Shown piece after piece: positions 49,514 to 62,744 of a stretch of 64,000 nt of DNA. This stretch comes from Chromera velia (Eukaryota), in assembly GCA_018398765.1 (NCBI GenBank), contig JAHBMJ010000113.1, positions 62,001 to 126,000 on the forward strand. Direction: 5' to 3'. The number at the start of each line of letters is the position of its first letter. Position 1 is the first letter of the stretch. The position numbers and the translations under genes are program-made. The notes beneath the pieces are model-generated. The model was given only the letters and a program-made list of their open reading frames with translations. It did not search any database and was not told where the DNA came from.

Positions 49514-52459
49514 ATGTTGCGTGCTGTCTCTCTCTTCCTTTTCCTCGCGGGGGTCTGCGTATCGTCCTTCCGCCTTAATTTTTCAAACAAACCGTCTTCA
49601 CGAGCTGTCCAGAGCTCACTCAGCAGGCCACGAGTGAGTGGCACGTCTGTTTTGCACGCTGACGTGTCCATGGCAGACATCAAGAAGATTCGTGCCAAGA
49701 CGGGCGCTGGTATCGCAGCGTGCAAGAAGGCCCTCACAGAAGCAGGGGGGGACTTTGCAAAGGCAGAGGACCTTTTGAGAGTCCAGGGCGCCACCACTCT
49801 TCTCAAGCGTGCCGGGAATACGGCTTCTGAGGGGTTGGTCGGTGTCGTTCCTCACGGCAACGGAGCGACGATTTTCGATTTGAACTGCGAGACGGATTTT
49901 GTCGAAAAGAACGATCTGTTCCGCAACTTCGCACAAGCGGTGTTCGGAGCCATTGAGAAGCTTGGAAACGAGGGGGCGGAGATCAGTGTCGATGGTGTCA
50001 TGGCCTCACCAAGTGCACAGGGAACGGGAACGCTGAATGATCAGCTCAATGAGCTTGGACTTGCGGTGCGAGAGAAGATTGAACTTTCTAGAGTGGAGAC
50101 GTTCACGAAGGAGGATGGTCACCATGTGTTCTGGCATGTTGAGAACAATAGAGGAAGCAAGCTGATGGGCAAGCAGGCGGTGGTGTGCAAGGTGGCGTCA
50201 ACAGGAGACGGGAGCAAATTGCAGAAAGACTTTGCAGAGGCCTTTGCAGTGCACTGCATTTGCACAGGGCCCATTGCAGTGGTCAGTCAGTCAATCAAAC
50301 GAGGAAGAGAGAGCCAGAAGCGAAGGAAGAAGGCGGGAAGGAAAGAGGGAATGAATGAAACAAGGGAGGAAGAAAGAAGGAAGGAAGAGCGGATGGGAGC
50401 ACGGACAGACCAACAGAAATGAAAAAAGAAATCAAGGCATAGTATTGAAATCGAGTGTCATGAGAACGAACGGAGTGGGAAGGCAGCGGGGGGAAAGACA
50501 CGGACGTTTGGACCACATCTTCCTACTTTCAGCCCCCCCACACTCTTTTGCTTATTCGCTTCGTCTTTTGAAGCAAATCAGTCAGACAGACTGCATGACC
50601 TGACTAACGGGGCTTCGGACTGACTGACTGACTGACTGACTGACTGACTGGGCTGACTGACTGACTGACTGACTGACTGACTGACTGACTGAACTGACTG
50701 ACTGACTGACTGACTGACTGACTGACTGACTGACTGACTGGGCTGACTGACTGACTGACTAAAAATGACTGACTGACTGACTGACTGACTGACTGGGCTG
50801 ACTGACTGACTGACTGAGTGGGCTGACTGAGTGGGCTGACTGAGTGACTGATTGACTGACTGACTGACTGACTGACTGACTGGGCTGACTGACTGACTGA
50901 CTGACTGACTGACTGACTGACTGACTGACTGGGCTGACTGACTGACTGACTAAAAATGACTGACTGACTGACTGACTGACTGACTGACTGGGCTGACTGA
51001 CTGACTGACTGAGTGGGCTGACTGAGTGGGCTGACTGACTGACTGACTGACTGACTGGGCTGACTGACTGACTGACTGACTGACTGGGCTGACTGAATGG
51101 GCTGACTGACTGACTGACTGACTGACTGGGCTGACTGACTGACTGACTAAAAATGACTGACTGACTGACTGACTGACTGACTGACTGGGCTGACTGACTG
51201 ACTGACTGAGTGGGCTGACTGAGTGGGCTGACTGACTGACTGACTGACTGACTGACTGACTGACTGACTGGGCTGACTGACTGACTGACTGACTGACTGA
51301 CTGACTGACTGACTGGCTGGGCTGACTGACTGACTGACTGACTGAGTGGGCTGACTGACTGACTGACTGACTGACTGACTGACTGACTGACTGACTGACT
51401 GACTGACTAAAATACGCTCTGACTGACTCACTGACTGACTGACTAAAATACGCTCTGATAGACTGACTGACTCACTGACTGACTAAAAAACGCTCTGACT
51501 GACTGACTCGCTCACTCACTGACTGAATGTGCAGACTCGGGACAGAATTCCGAAGGATGCGATCGACAGAGAGCAGAACATCCAAATGGAAATCGTCAAA
51601 CAGAGCGGGAAGCCTGAGGAGATGATTGAAAAGATTGTTGGAGGAAAAATGAATAAGTGGTTCAAGGAGAAGACGCTCATGGATCAGGTCGGTTCTCAAA
51701 GAAAGCATTTTCTTTCTCTTCCTGTAGAGTTGAAGCACATCCAGGATTTTTTCTTGTTCCCACCTTTCCGATTTCTTCTTCTTAACGAACGTCCTTTGGC
51801 TTTCGTTCTCACTTTCTGTGATGTCCGTTCCTTATTTCTGTTCTCTTCTCCTCTGTTTGTTTTTTCTTTCAGACAACGGCATTCGCCCCATTCTCCTTTG
51901 CCTTCTCTCTACATAGCAGAGAAATGGATGGATGAATAGCTTTGCAACTGCTCTCTCTGCGCCTCTGTGTGCACGGACATTTTGTGTTCGGTGCGAGACA
52001 GACTGAACGAAATGGTTGGATGATGAGAGAGAAAGTGGAAGCATGATTTTCTGGATGGATGCGAAAGGAGTGATGGAAGCGCCGCGACTGCAGGGGGGGG
52101 TTGCAAGGGCACCAGGTAATATTGTAGACTTTTTGCTTCATTTGCACTATGTGTTCTCCAACCCCTAATGGAGCAACGTTTACTGAGTGAGTGAGCGGGT
52201 ATGTCCGGTGCTGTGCTGTGCTGCTGTGTGGGTATGCGATGACACCAACCGTACCGTTCATGCATTTACTTTCATACACAATTCCTTTTATGTCTACAGA
52301 ATGTATGTATGAAAGTAAATGCGTGCTGTGCTGCAGGTGTGGGTATGCGATGATACCAACCGTACCGTTCAGAAGGTTTTCGACACAGACGTGAAGGAGA
52401 TGGTGGGGGCGCCAGTGACGGTGGAGGATTTCCGGTGCTGGAAGATTGGGGAGTCATAA
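49514..52459 (+). CDS. tsf: Translation elongation factor Ts, plastid-targeted, 3 exons: 49514-50281, 51535-51687, 52337-52459
   Basis: IKKIRAKTGAGIAACKKAL, DLNCETDFV, VREKI, GKPEEMIEKIVGGK and FRCWKIGE. Hydrophobic signal peptide ending VSS|F followed by a Ser/Arg-rich transit peptide. Confidence 0.93.
50618..51526. repeat. (CTGA)n microsatellite in EF-Ts intron 1
   Basis: Directly visible, with recurring GGGCTGA and CTAAAAATGA variants. Confidence 0.97.
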
Positions 52460-53405
52460 CTGACTGGCTGGTTGGTTGGTTGAGTGAGTGACTGATGAAA
52501 TCCACGGGTGTGGTTTGTCTATTTATTGAGAGAGAAGAGAGCGAGAGAGAAGCTTCGAGGGAAGTTCTCGAAGCAGAGGAGGGGAAGAAGGGTGATGGAT
52601 GGATGGGTGGATGGAAGGAAGGATTCATTCCTCGTGCGGAGGTTTAGGCGAAGAGAGAAGGAAAAGAATTCTTTTGTACCCAACGCAGCAAAGAGAGCAA
52701 CAGAGGGGGGCTAACGGTCGACTGACTGGCCGGCTGATGCAATCCCGTAGAAGAAACTTCAGGGATGCATGAGTGGATTGATGATCGATTGAGAGAAGTT
52801 TTTTCAAACAACGGACGCAGGCACCTGAGGAGACGGAGACAGACGGGAGAGGTCTCAGTGAGGGAGTGGGTGAGTGACTTGTGCGTCCGTCGACCCATAA
52901 AGAAAACCTCTGACGGCTTTGCTTGACTGTGCACAGAGAGAGGGGAGAGAGAGCAATGAAAGTGCAAAGGTGGTCCTTCCGGGAACCTTTTTTTTCGTCT
53001 TTCTTCTTGACCCGCCCTTTCTTTCTCTCTTCCTTGCGTCCTTCCTTTCTAACGTGCCTCGGTTGAAGGAGTCGGTTCCCACCTTTTTCTTTCGGTCTCT
53101 TTCATGCAAGTGACTGAGTCGGGTATAAACGGAGGGCGGCATGTGGCAGTGCGGCATGCTTCCGCGTAGTAGTAGTAGTACCCATGGGGCTATTGACTCA
53201 TAAATTAATTCGTAGTCTGATTGATTGGTCGATCAGGAACGATGCGTACGTCATGTTTGTTGATGGCAACTTGATGTAAGAATCTTCTAAGAGCCGGCGT
53301 CTGAGCCGCCAGTCTGCTGCCTCCATGGGAAGAGCCCACTATTCATAAATGATGATGAATGATAAAATCTGACTACTATCACTACTACCGCAACCGTGAC
53401 TAATA

Positions 53406-53639
53406 CTAGGCGCCGCACGTAGGAAAAAAAAAAAGAAAAAAAAAAGTTGGGAAGGCCTAATTTTTTTTTTCTTTTTTTATTTCAAGTGCCTCCAAAAGAC
53501 AAAGAATCACTTTCGATTCTGAAACTTACTTTTCCACACAAAATGTGAACCTAACTGTTGACCTAAAAAAAAAAAAAGAAAAAAAAAAAGTTGAGGACGC
53601 CTAATTTTTTTTTTCTTTTTTTTTATGTGCGGCGCCTGG
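53406..53639. mobile_element. MITE with 13-bp TIRs and 8-bp TSD
   Basis: CTAGGCGCCGCAC ... GTGCGGCGCCTGG, flanked by GACTAATA at 53398-53405 and 53640-53647. Confidence 0.85.
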
Positions 53640-55259
53640 GACTAATATAATGCTAGATATAATGCCAGAGTGATTAAGCTACGCATCTCCCTCGCAATTG
53701 AAGGGCACAGAGAAGTGCGCAGATTCAAGTCGATCAGCCCGCATGTTGATTGTGAACTGTTCTTTGCTTGCTCTTTTTTCTTTAATTCATCTTCTCTTCT
53801 TGTTTTTTGCATGAATGCGGACTGCAATCAATCACGGATCCTTTGCCGTCCCTGTCCTTGAGAGGACAGACGGAGAATTAAAGTGGAGGGAGAGACGGCC
53901 ATTCTCCTCTCCTCCCACCCTTCTCTCTCGGCCTTTCTCCTTTCCAGACTCGTATCATCACAATCTCCTCTCCACTACTAAAACTCAAACAGTTAGACAC
54001 AAAACTCGCTGCTCGACGCTCCCACCCGCGATAGTCCACCCACCCAGCCAGTCAGACAGTCAGTTGGTTGGTCGGTCAGTAGGGAAGGAGTCAGCCAACA
54101 AGCAGGAGACGCCTGCTTCATGCATGCATGTGTTGTGTTGTTAGGCGTTTCTTCGCTGCCGCACAAAAAAAAAAAGTGCACGAGCTGGCAAAGAGAGAAC
54201 GAAATCTCTTGCAAGTAATCTGTCACCACCCAACAATCCTTTAAATTAAATTTATCGAGATGCACACAGGGAGGGGCAGAGAGAGAGAGAGAGAGAGTAG
54301 GACGGCATTCCTTGTCACAGCCGGTCGATCGACAAACAATCAAAAAATCTCTAACAGAGTCAATCAAACAATCATTGAATGAATTTCCGTGTGTCGCCAA
54401 TCAGTCGATATCGACTGGCTGAGTTTTTTTATGAAAATGAAACCACATCGGCCTCTGTTCAACCTTCAAAACAAAAAAATGAAGACATCAAACAGAATGA
54501 TTTGCCTTTCCACCTCACCCACGCTGGTGAACAACGCAGCGAATGAGAAGATAACGATGAAAAACAAAAAACGAGGAATGAATCATCCTTTCACGCAATA
54601 ATGCAAAGGCGCACACACCAATGCACAAATGCACGAACACACACAGTGGAACGGAACGCACGCACGCACGCAGTATGAATGAATCAAAAAATTCCTTTCA
54701 CTACGCCCTGCCCCCCGGTCGCCGGAATGCGCCTCACGCACGCACTTTCCAGCGTGAGAGGACGCAGTTAACTCGTTTCGCCCGCATGTCCTTGCCCTTT
54801 TTCTCCTTTTCAGGCCCATACACTCAGGAAGAGATCCCGTACAAATGAGAGCGCAAGATTGCTTCCTGCTAGCAGAAGGGGCTTCCAGTAGGGGGCGAGA
54901 CCGAGGGGAACAGGGAGAAAGAATGGGGGGGGGGGGGGAGGGAGGACGACGGGAGGGAGTGCGAGTGGAAGACGGGAGAGGCACTCAGGGAGGGAGGGAG
55001 GAGGAAGGCAAGGAGACAGACAGGGAGCCAGATTTAAGCCTGGCTCGCGAGTCATATACAGGGCAAAAACATGCAGGCGAAGAAGAACAAAACAAGCGTT
55101 GTAGGTGTAAGCAGAGGAACGAAGCCGATAGAATCGAAATTTTCTTTCGACTTGCCGAACGACACGGCACCAGTAAGTCAACATATCATAGAAGGAAAAT
55201 CGTTCATTAATTCCGACTTGCCAGGCGGAAGAAAGAGACACAACGAATGATGACTTCCC

Positions 55260-55334
<75 letters not shown>

Positions 55335-55490
55335 AGAGAGAGAAAGCGTGATCAGTTGCCAATCGTAGTCACTCAGCCGGCACTAAGTTTCCGCGCCGAC
55401 CAGTCTTGTCGATTGCGCCCGTAGGTCTCCTCTAGATAAAGTTTGTGAGTCAGGAAGAGAGTGTGCAAACTTCATGCTTCTCCCTCTCGT

Positions 55491-56445
55491 AGGACATGGA
55501 GCAGGCTTGCCGTCCAGCGGCGGGGAAGGCGACGCTACAGACGTTCCAGGTGCAGAGCCGAGGCCGGGGGGCTGTGAGGGTGGCAGGGAGGTTTCCGTTC
55601 CTGCAGGACCCGAGGCGCCTTTCGTCAACAGCATCTGTAAGGAGTCAAAGGGAGCAGCAGGGAGGCCTGGGGGTTGACGTGCACCTCCTCCTCCTGGGGT
55701 GAGAGGACACTGCCAGGAATGCGCGGCAGTATTGGTGTCTGCAGTCCCGAGAGGGGGGGATCGGAAAGGAGAGCGGGGAGGTAATCTCGCAGCTTCTCCA
55801 CTCTGCCTTGATGCAGGAGAAGGCATGACAAGTTTGATGCCTTCTGGAGCCTGACGCAAACCCGGAACGACTGTTGCTATAGATGGAGCGGGATGGAGTT
55901 TTGTTTAGAAGGGGGGCTGAAGGTGGTTGCCGTTGTTGCCTGTGTGTGGTGGGGTTGTCATTAGTTGGCTTGCCTAGTGCTGCAGTTGGAGAAAGGGATG
56001 GGGACCCCGTTTGCTGCTGTGTCTCTTTGAAATGGGAGTGAACGGCTTGGTGGATGGCCTGCCTGAACATGTTCCGGTTGGCTCCTGAAGGTGCGCCTGC
56101 CCCTTCTGCCAGGGCTTGGGAGGAGAAGGAAGAAGACGAAAGAGAAATGGACGCCTTTTCCGGCTTTGGCTGCTGCTGTTTCCCTATGTCTCCGTCACAC
56201 TCAGCTTCGGTGTCACCAAACGGGGGCTCCCCATGTACCTCTTCCTCCCCCCTTCCTCTGGAGTCCTGGGCGTCTTCAGACGTAGAAGATGACTCGCACA
56301 AATACACGCGCCCTGCGCCGCCCCCCTGCAAATCACAAACAATTAAGGGTGGTCGATCCTGAAGCATTGTTAATTTACATGCATGGCCGCTGCTGATTTG
56401 ACAGCTCACAACGCAGAGCCTCAAGTTCGATTTCATCAAGCAGCG
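55491..56445 (-). pseudogene. Inverted, rearranged partial copy of the kinase pseudogene region
   Basis: 55491-56295 is the reverse complement of ~59398-60199. 56296-56445 is the reverse complement of ~60655-60810. Confidence 0.85.
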
Positions 56446-56873
56446 CAGACTGGTCATTGAACAGCGCAGACTGGGGAAGCATATATTAACATATGGGGCA
56501 GCAGACAGTGCATGAACAACTCATGCACGCGCTCTTGTCAGTTGCCGTCTCCCTCTCCGCTTCTGGATAGTATGCTTCTGCTTGTTTTCCCTCTCTGCAC
56601 CATCTCTTTGCTGTCTCGAACCACAGAGTCTTTTCTGATGACTTGAAGAGATTTATTTTAGATAGTGTGCAAGAGAAAGGCGAATTTTGTGGGATTCAGA
56701 TTCACGGAATTAATTCGTCGGATTTTCTTCAGGCTTGCATGCATGGTGGAGCATGCCGGAGATTGCCGGAGCTCTATAGCTCACAGCGCGGCCGCGCGGA
56801 AGCGGGGCCGACCACGGTCGTGGGCCGCGCGGAGCCCTATATATTAGGTATATAGCTATAGCTAATTTGGAGT

Positions 56874-57440
56874 GAATGGCCCCGGAAAGCGAAGCGGGGG
56901 GCACTTAGAAAACAGAAATACCCCAGCCCACGTGCATGCACGCACGCTGCCTTTCGGCAAAAAGCCGGCCCCGAAAGGCTGAATGTGCGCCAAATGTGCG
57001 TACGTCAGGTGGACTTCAAACCCGATTACCCGATTTTCACCAAAAAAAGGCCCCGGAAAGATCCCGCCCCAAATGGTCCAGAAAAGCGTGCATGAACCCG
57101 CGTTGTCATGCATGCGTGCGTCAGTGGCCCCGGAAAGCGATAAGCTGCATCCCCGGGCTTTTTTCCTGGGGGAGGGGGGGTTCTACGGCTTTTCCCGCGG
57201 GGGGGGGTCGGCGCGACTGCCTAATCGGCTGGCCGGCGTGCGTCAATCGTGAAGTTCTCATTTTTCTTGCTTTCCGGGGCCGTTCGCAAGCTTGCTTGCG
57301 TCAGATACCCCAGCCCACGTGCGTGCACGCACGCTGTCTTTCGGCAAAAACCCGGCTCCGAAAGGCTGAATGTGCCAATCGTAAAGTTCTCATTTTTCTT
57401 GCTTTCCGGGGTCGTTCGCAAGCTTGCTTGCGTCAGATTA
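56874..57440 (+). mobile_element. Longest copy of the GGCCCCGGAAAGCG-family element, with internal duplications
   Basis: Starts GAATGGCCCCGGAAAGCGAAGCGGGGGGCACTTA and ends GCTTTCCGGGG..GTTCGCAAGCTTGCTTGCGTCAGAT. That end block occurs twice (57245-57306, 57377-57438). Confidence 0.65.
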
Positions 57441-58592
57441 AGCGATCGACATGCAGGCTCGATCTGCTGCATAGACGCCAAATGGGCGTCCGTCCAGATA
57501 TATATGGAGAGGTCAGTATAACAAGATGCATGTCAGTACATGTGATCCAAGCTAGAATCACAGTTTGGGAGATGTTCTACGGAAGCTCTGCAGACAGACA
57601 ACGTCAAACAACTGTAACAGCTATTCGAGTTTGATGGGACTTCGGGTATGCATTCTTTTGTCTGAAGGCCTTGCACGTGACTTCTCACAGCTCGTTTGAG
57701 CTGTATACAGATTGCTGCTTCTCTTACGCCATGTAGAGCCATTTTAATTTAATTCTTCCCCCCCCCGACTTACTGGGGGAGTCAAATCGCTCAGGTGTGG
57801 CAGATAAAGGAAAAGTGTGAGGAAAAAGAAGCCTGGAGAAGGGAGCTGAAGCGACGGGTCAGTTGATGCATGCAGGCATATATGTGATGATGCATGTATG
57901 CGTTTACCTCTCCATTCTTGCCATGCATGATCGAGGCGGTCCAACCAGTGGTTCCACTATGCATGTGAGAGATTGCACAGCTACGTCCATCGATGCATTG
58001 ATACCTGCATGGGCATGAAGGCTTTATGTAGAAGGACGACAACATCCATGTGTCAAACGATCTGGCCAAGAGGATCGACATCATCATGCAGACACGCAAG
58101 TCAATATTTTCGAGAAAACGAGGCAAAGGCAGGCAGACAGGCAGGAAGGGGTAGCGTCTGTCACCCAAATTTTTGCTTTCTGTCTCAACCCCTGTCAGCC
58201 CGTCAGTCTCTGAGTCCGTCCGCGGTTGTTCATTCACTCAGACAGCTTGTCTTTCTGTCTGTTCGGCAGCCCGTCTATCTTATCATCCATTGACGAGTCT
58301 GTCCCCTCTTTCACTCCTTCAGATGCATTTGCATGCCTTGTGATGCGGGGAGTAATGCTCATAGAGAAACAGAGGTACAGCTAGATAAAAGAAGAGAAGA
58401 GAACTTTCAAGCTGACGGGTGTGCGAAGTATCGCAGAGGCAGAACCGTATTCCAATGCTTAACTTACCTTCAAGTTCTCTAAGTCTAGTCGAGTCTCCCC
58501 TTTACATCTTTTTATCTCACAGAAACTGACTGTCCCCCCACTGTGCCCTCTTTTCTTCCCTTTCACAACCCCCCTCCTTCGTCCCTTTCGGC

Positions 58593-61443
58593 TTGAAGGC
58601 TTCCATCCTGCCTGAGTCAACAGATGATACTCCTGACAAAAAGCTAAAAGGGCCGGCCGGAGAGGAGGATGGAGAAGACAGAAAAAAAGAGGCAGAGACG
58701 GGAGGAGGTAAGAAGGAATCCAATCGAGAGACGGAGAAGGGCAAAGAAGGCGTTACGGAGGAACAAGAAGGGGAGCCACCTGGCAGTGCAAAGGACGAGA
58801 AAGACCCTTTCAAGCGGGTAAATCTGAACGCGCCCCTGGAAAAAAGCATTGACGAAAAAGAAGAGGCTGAAAAGGTAGAGCAAGCTACTGAAGCTGCAGC
58901 AGAAGTGGAAGACAACACCGCAGCGGCAGCTGAAGCGTCGGCAGATGTCAAAGTGAGCAAAGAAAAAGCAAATAAAGCAATCGAAGAGGCCGAGAAGAAG
59001 AGAGCAGAAGCAGAAGAGACATTCCAAAAAGTAGCAGAGGAGAAAGGGCAGAAGGAAGGAGAGGCAGAGGAGGCAAGGAAAGCTATGCAAGAGAAAAAAG
59101 CCAAAGGCAAAAGAGAAGGCCTGGGCAGCCCGTAAAGCAGATGCCGAAGCAAAAAAGGAAGATGTGGGTGAGGAGAGGGAGACCTCAGGAGAGTTTTCAG
59201 TCCAAGCTGCTCCCTCTTCTTCCTCTTCATCTACTTGGCCCAATCGATTTGTGTTCCAAAACGCTCAATACGAACCCCGTTCATCTCCCCCCCCCCCCAN
59301 NNNNNNNNNNNNNNCCCCCCAACCCTTGCCGCCGTCTCTTTCCGTGGGTGCCGACTTAGACAGTTTAGGAATGACAGAGCTTTCTCTGAGGGAGACCGAG
59401 ACACCTTCTGCGTCTGAAGACGCCCAAGACTCCAGAGAAAGGGGGGAGAAAGAGGTACATGGGGAGCCCCCGTTTGGTGACACCGAAGCTGAGTGTGACG
59501 GAGACACAGGGAAACAGCAGCAGCCAAAGCCGGAAAAGGCGTCCATTTCTCCTTCGTCTTCTTCCTCCTCCCAAGCCCTGGCAGAAGGGGCAGGCGCACC
59601 TTCAGGAGCCAACCGGAACATGTTCAGGCAGGCCATCCACCAAGCCGTTCACTCCCATTTCAAAGAGACACAGCAGCAAACGGGGTCCCCATCCCTTTCT
59701 CCAACTGCAGTACTAGGCAAGCCAACTAATGATAACTGCACCAGGCACAGGCAATAACGGCAGCCACCTTCAGCCCCCCTTCTGAACAAAAATCTATCCC
59801 GCTCCATCCACAGCAACAGTCGTTCCGGGTTTGCGTCAGGCTCCAGAAGGCATCAAACTTGTCATGCCTTCTCCTGCATCAAGGCAGAGTGGAGAAGCTG
59901 CGAGATTACCTCCCCGCTCTCCTTTTCGATCCCCCCCTCTCGGGACTGCAGACACCAATGCTGCCGCGCATTCCTGGCAGTGTCCTCTCACCCCAGGAGG
60001 AAGAGGTGCACGTCAACCCCCAGGCCTCCCTGCTGCTCCCTTTGACTCCTTACAGATGCTGTTGACGAAAGGCGCCTCGGGTCCTGCAGGAACGGAAACT
60101 TCGCTGCCACCCTCACAGCCCCCCGGTCTCGGCTCTGCACCTGGAACGTCTGTAGCGTCGCCCCCCCCACCGCTGGACGGCGAGCCTGCTCCATCTCCTG
60201 TCTCCCAGCCCTTACAAGTGCCTTCAGCAGCAGAAACAGTAATGCAACGGCTAGCACAGGAATAGAAACAATTAAAAAACAATTTCCAGAAGGCCCTTAG
60301 AAACAACTACTACGTCATCAAGTTTCTAGGGGTAAGCCAGCGAGAGAAGAGATTCGATTATGGAAGACCGTGTTGGTTTAATTTGGTCTAATTTTGAAAA
60401 CGATCATGGGGAGGGGAAAACAGAAAGAAGTTTAACCACAGAAGTCGTCCAGCCCTTCAGAAGCGTAGAATAGGCAGAAAGAGACATGCAGACAAATTGG
60501 GAAAGAGTGTCGAAAAATTGGGAAGAATATACCTTCCTCTGAGGGGTGACCTGTTCATGGTCAATTGCAGAGGAAAATCGACAGAAGGCGTTGAATTGGT
60601 TTCACAATTGAAAGGCATGAGGATATTGACGGAGGAAAAATTTAGAGCGTGGACTTGCTTGATGAAATCAGACAGTCACGTGAGGCTCTGCGTTGTGAGC
60701 TCTCAAATGAGCAGTGGCTATATATATATCAACACTGCTTCTGGATCGAACAAACACCCTTGTTTGTGATTTGCAGGGGGGCGGCGCAGGGCGCGTGCAT
60801 TTATATTCGCACAGGGGCAAGCGGTTTGCCCTGAAGGAGGTCAGGTCAAACCAATTCATCTGAGTGCAAGAAAGCGCAGAGGACTGATTTTACGTCTCTC
60901 ATTTGCAGCGTTTGGCTCATTTTGAACACACACTGTAGAAAGAATTGCAGGCAAGATCACTGTGAAGGCGTAAAACACCATTGCAAGAGAATTCAACCTA
61001 AGTGAGAGACGGAGAGAGCGACAAGGCAGAGTAACTATGTCCGATCGGTCATCAGAGGTTATGGAAATTACTGTCGCTCGACAAGGGAAGAAAGTCATCA
61101 CTCAGAGGTGAACTGCACAGAAATGGTATGCTGGATGATCAACAAAGCTTTTTTTATGACGTGCTTGCCATAGCATGTCATAGCACTCTTTTTTGGGCAC
61201 TTGATTGACACTGCAGATGTCCCTGGAGCATATGGAAGAGGAGGCAGAGGTACTACAGAGGGTGCAAGGAGACGGAGTTGTCGTGTTCATGGGGTCAGAA
61301 AAGTTGCCTGAGGGAAGGGCATACATCGCCATCGAGCACGTCCAGCATGTCAGTCAGAGGAGCGGCCTATCGATCGTCTGTTTTTTTGTCCGCGAGTGCT
61401 TCTGTAACAGCTGATGGTCTCGCCCCTACGTCTCTCTGCATGT

Positions 61444-61505
<62 letters not shown>

Positions 61506-61916
61506 CAAAGAAAGAGAGATAGAAATCGGCTAGTGAGTATCTGTCGGTTTCTTCTGGCATCGCGAATATCTTTTAATCGGTACGTGTGTCGTTCTGTCTT
61601 TCTGTCTGAGTGATTGCAGACCCTTGACAAAGGTTGGAAAAAGTGCGGAATCCCCTCGCTCCCCCCCCTCCTTGCGTCCATCGGGGACGCAAGCCTGAAG
61701 TTGCACGGCCGGGGGTTCGTGCACAGAGACATCAAGTAGGACAACGTCCTGCTATCCCGGAGGGCCCCCCTGCTGTGCAACTTCGGTCTAACGTGGAGAG
61801 TGGGAGAGGAGGGAGAGGGAGAATCTGTAGGGAGCTTTTTTAGGCACCCTAAGCAAGGGTTGCAGCCTGCCTGTCCAGAGGAGGACGCCTGGGCATTTGC
61901 CCTTTTGTGCATTTCT
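58593..61916 (+). pseudogene. Protein kinase pseudogene with Glu/Lys- and Pro/Ser-rich N-terminal region; kinase exons 60777-60839, 61217-61348, 61620-61916
   Basis: GGAGRVHL...FALKE (subdomains I-II), EAEVL (III), HRDIK*DN with TAG at 61737-61739, NFG in place of DFG, and DAWAFA (IX). Confidence 0.8.
59300..59314. other. Assembly gap (15 N) inside a poly-C run; a single N also at 38954
   Basis: Directly visible. Confidence 0.99.
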
Positions 61917-62744
61917 GTAAGTCCATCTGCAAAAAAACGGGGGCAATTTCTGTTCATGAAGGCGTCGATCCTCCTTTTTCTCCATTTCCTTTTGCTGCTA
62001 GACTGATGGCGGAGCACCATTTTGTGCAGATTGTTAACTGATGCAGGCCGAATCAGATGCGAAGCCTGACCCGTCATTCCACTTAATTGCTTCCATGCAT
62101 GCCAACAACAATAGTGTGTGGGGCTACTGCTCTGTGTTTGGTAATATATAACGAACGAGTGATGTACGTTGAGTCATTCGGCCAGGGACAGTGCGAAACA
62201 GTACGCGTTAAGAGCCCCACATCGCAAATCTATGAATGCAGCTATATGCATCGAAAAAATCTTTCCATCCCTTTACAGAAAAAACCACTATCAAATACCT
62301 TTCTCCAGACTCTGCAGAACGAAAAACAGTGACGGAAAGTAATCGGACAAGCAGAGGACGGCTTGTATTCCTTCATTTTCCAACCTGAGAATAGCGGTCT
62401 CCGTAAGTAATTGTGCTCTGAAACTGCAATTGTGCTGTCAATTCTGTCCTGCAGGAACTTCTCGGCTTACACCCCCTGCAAAGACACATGAGGCAACGTA
62501 AGTTGATCTTAACTGAATCGTAATTCATTCACCGCAAAGTATTTCATTGCCCTCATTGCCCTCTCGAAAAGAGCATTGTTTTGAAAGTACATACCAGACT
62601 ATCTGTCCCCCTCTTCCAAGACTCCCCTTTTGACACCTTCCGGATTATTCACGATATGTCGCATCGACGAAATGTGCTTTGGTTTACCTGTTTGCAGTCT
62701 GCAAAGGAGCAGCAATGCAGGATAGAAAATATCTGGAGTCCCTC

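Noticed and set aside
51918..51940. Extra EF-Ts exon (KWMDE*)
   Set aside because: Exon 52337-52459 supplies the correct C-terminus in phase; this one would truncate the protein.
53164..53390. Second MITE with (TAG)n-like inverted ends
   Set aside because: Ends are low-complexity and imperfect, and no TSD was seen.
61737..61739. Stop-codon reassignment (TAG/TAA read as an amino acid)
   Set aside because: In-frame stops occur only in degenerate loci. The four intact genes have none, and EF-Ts ends in TAA.
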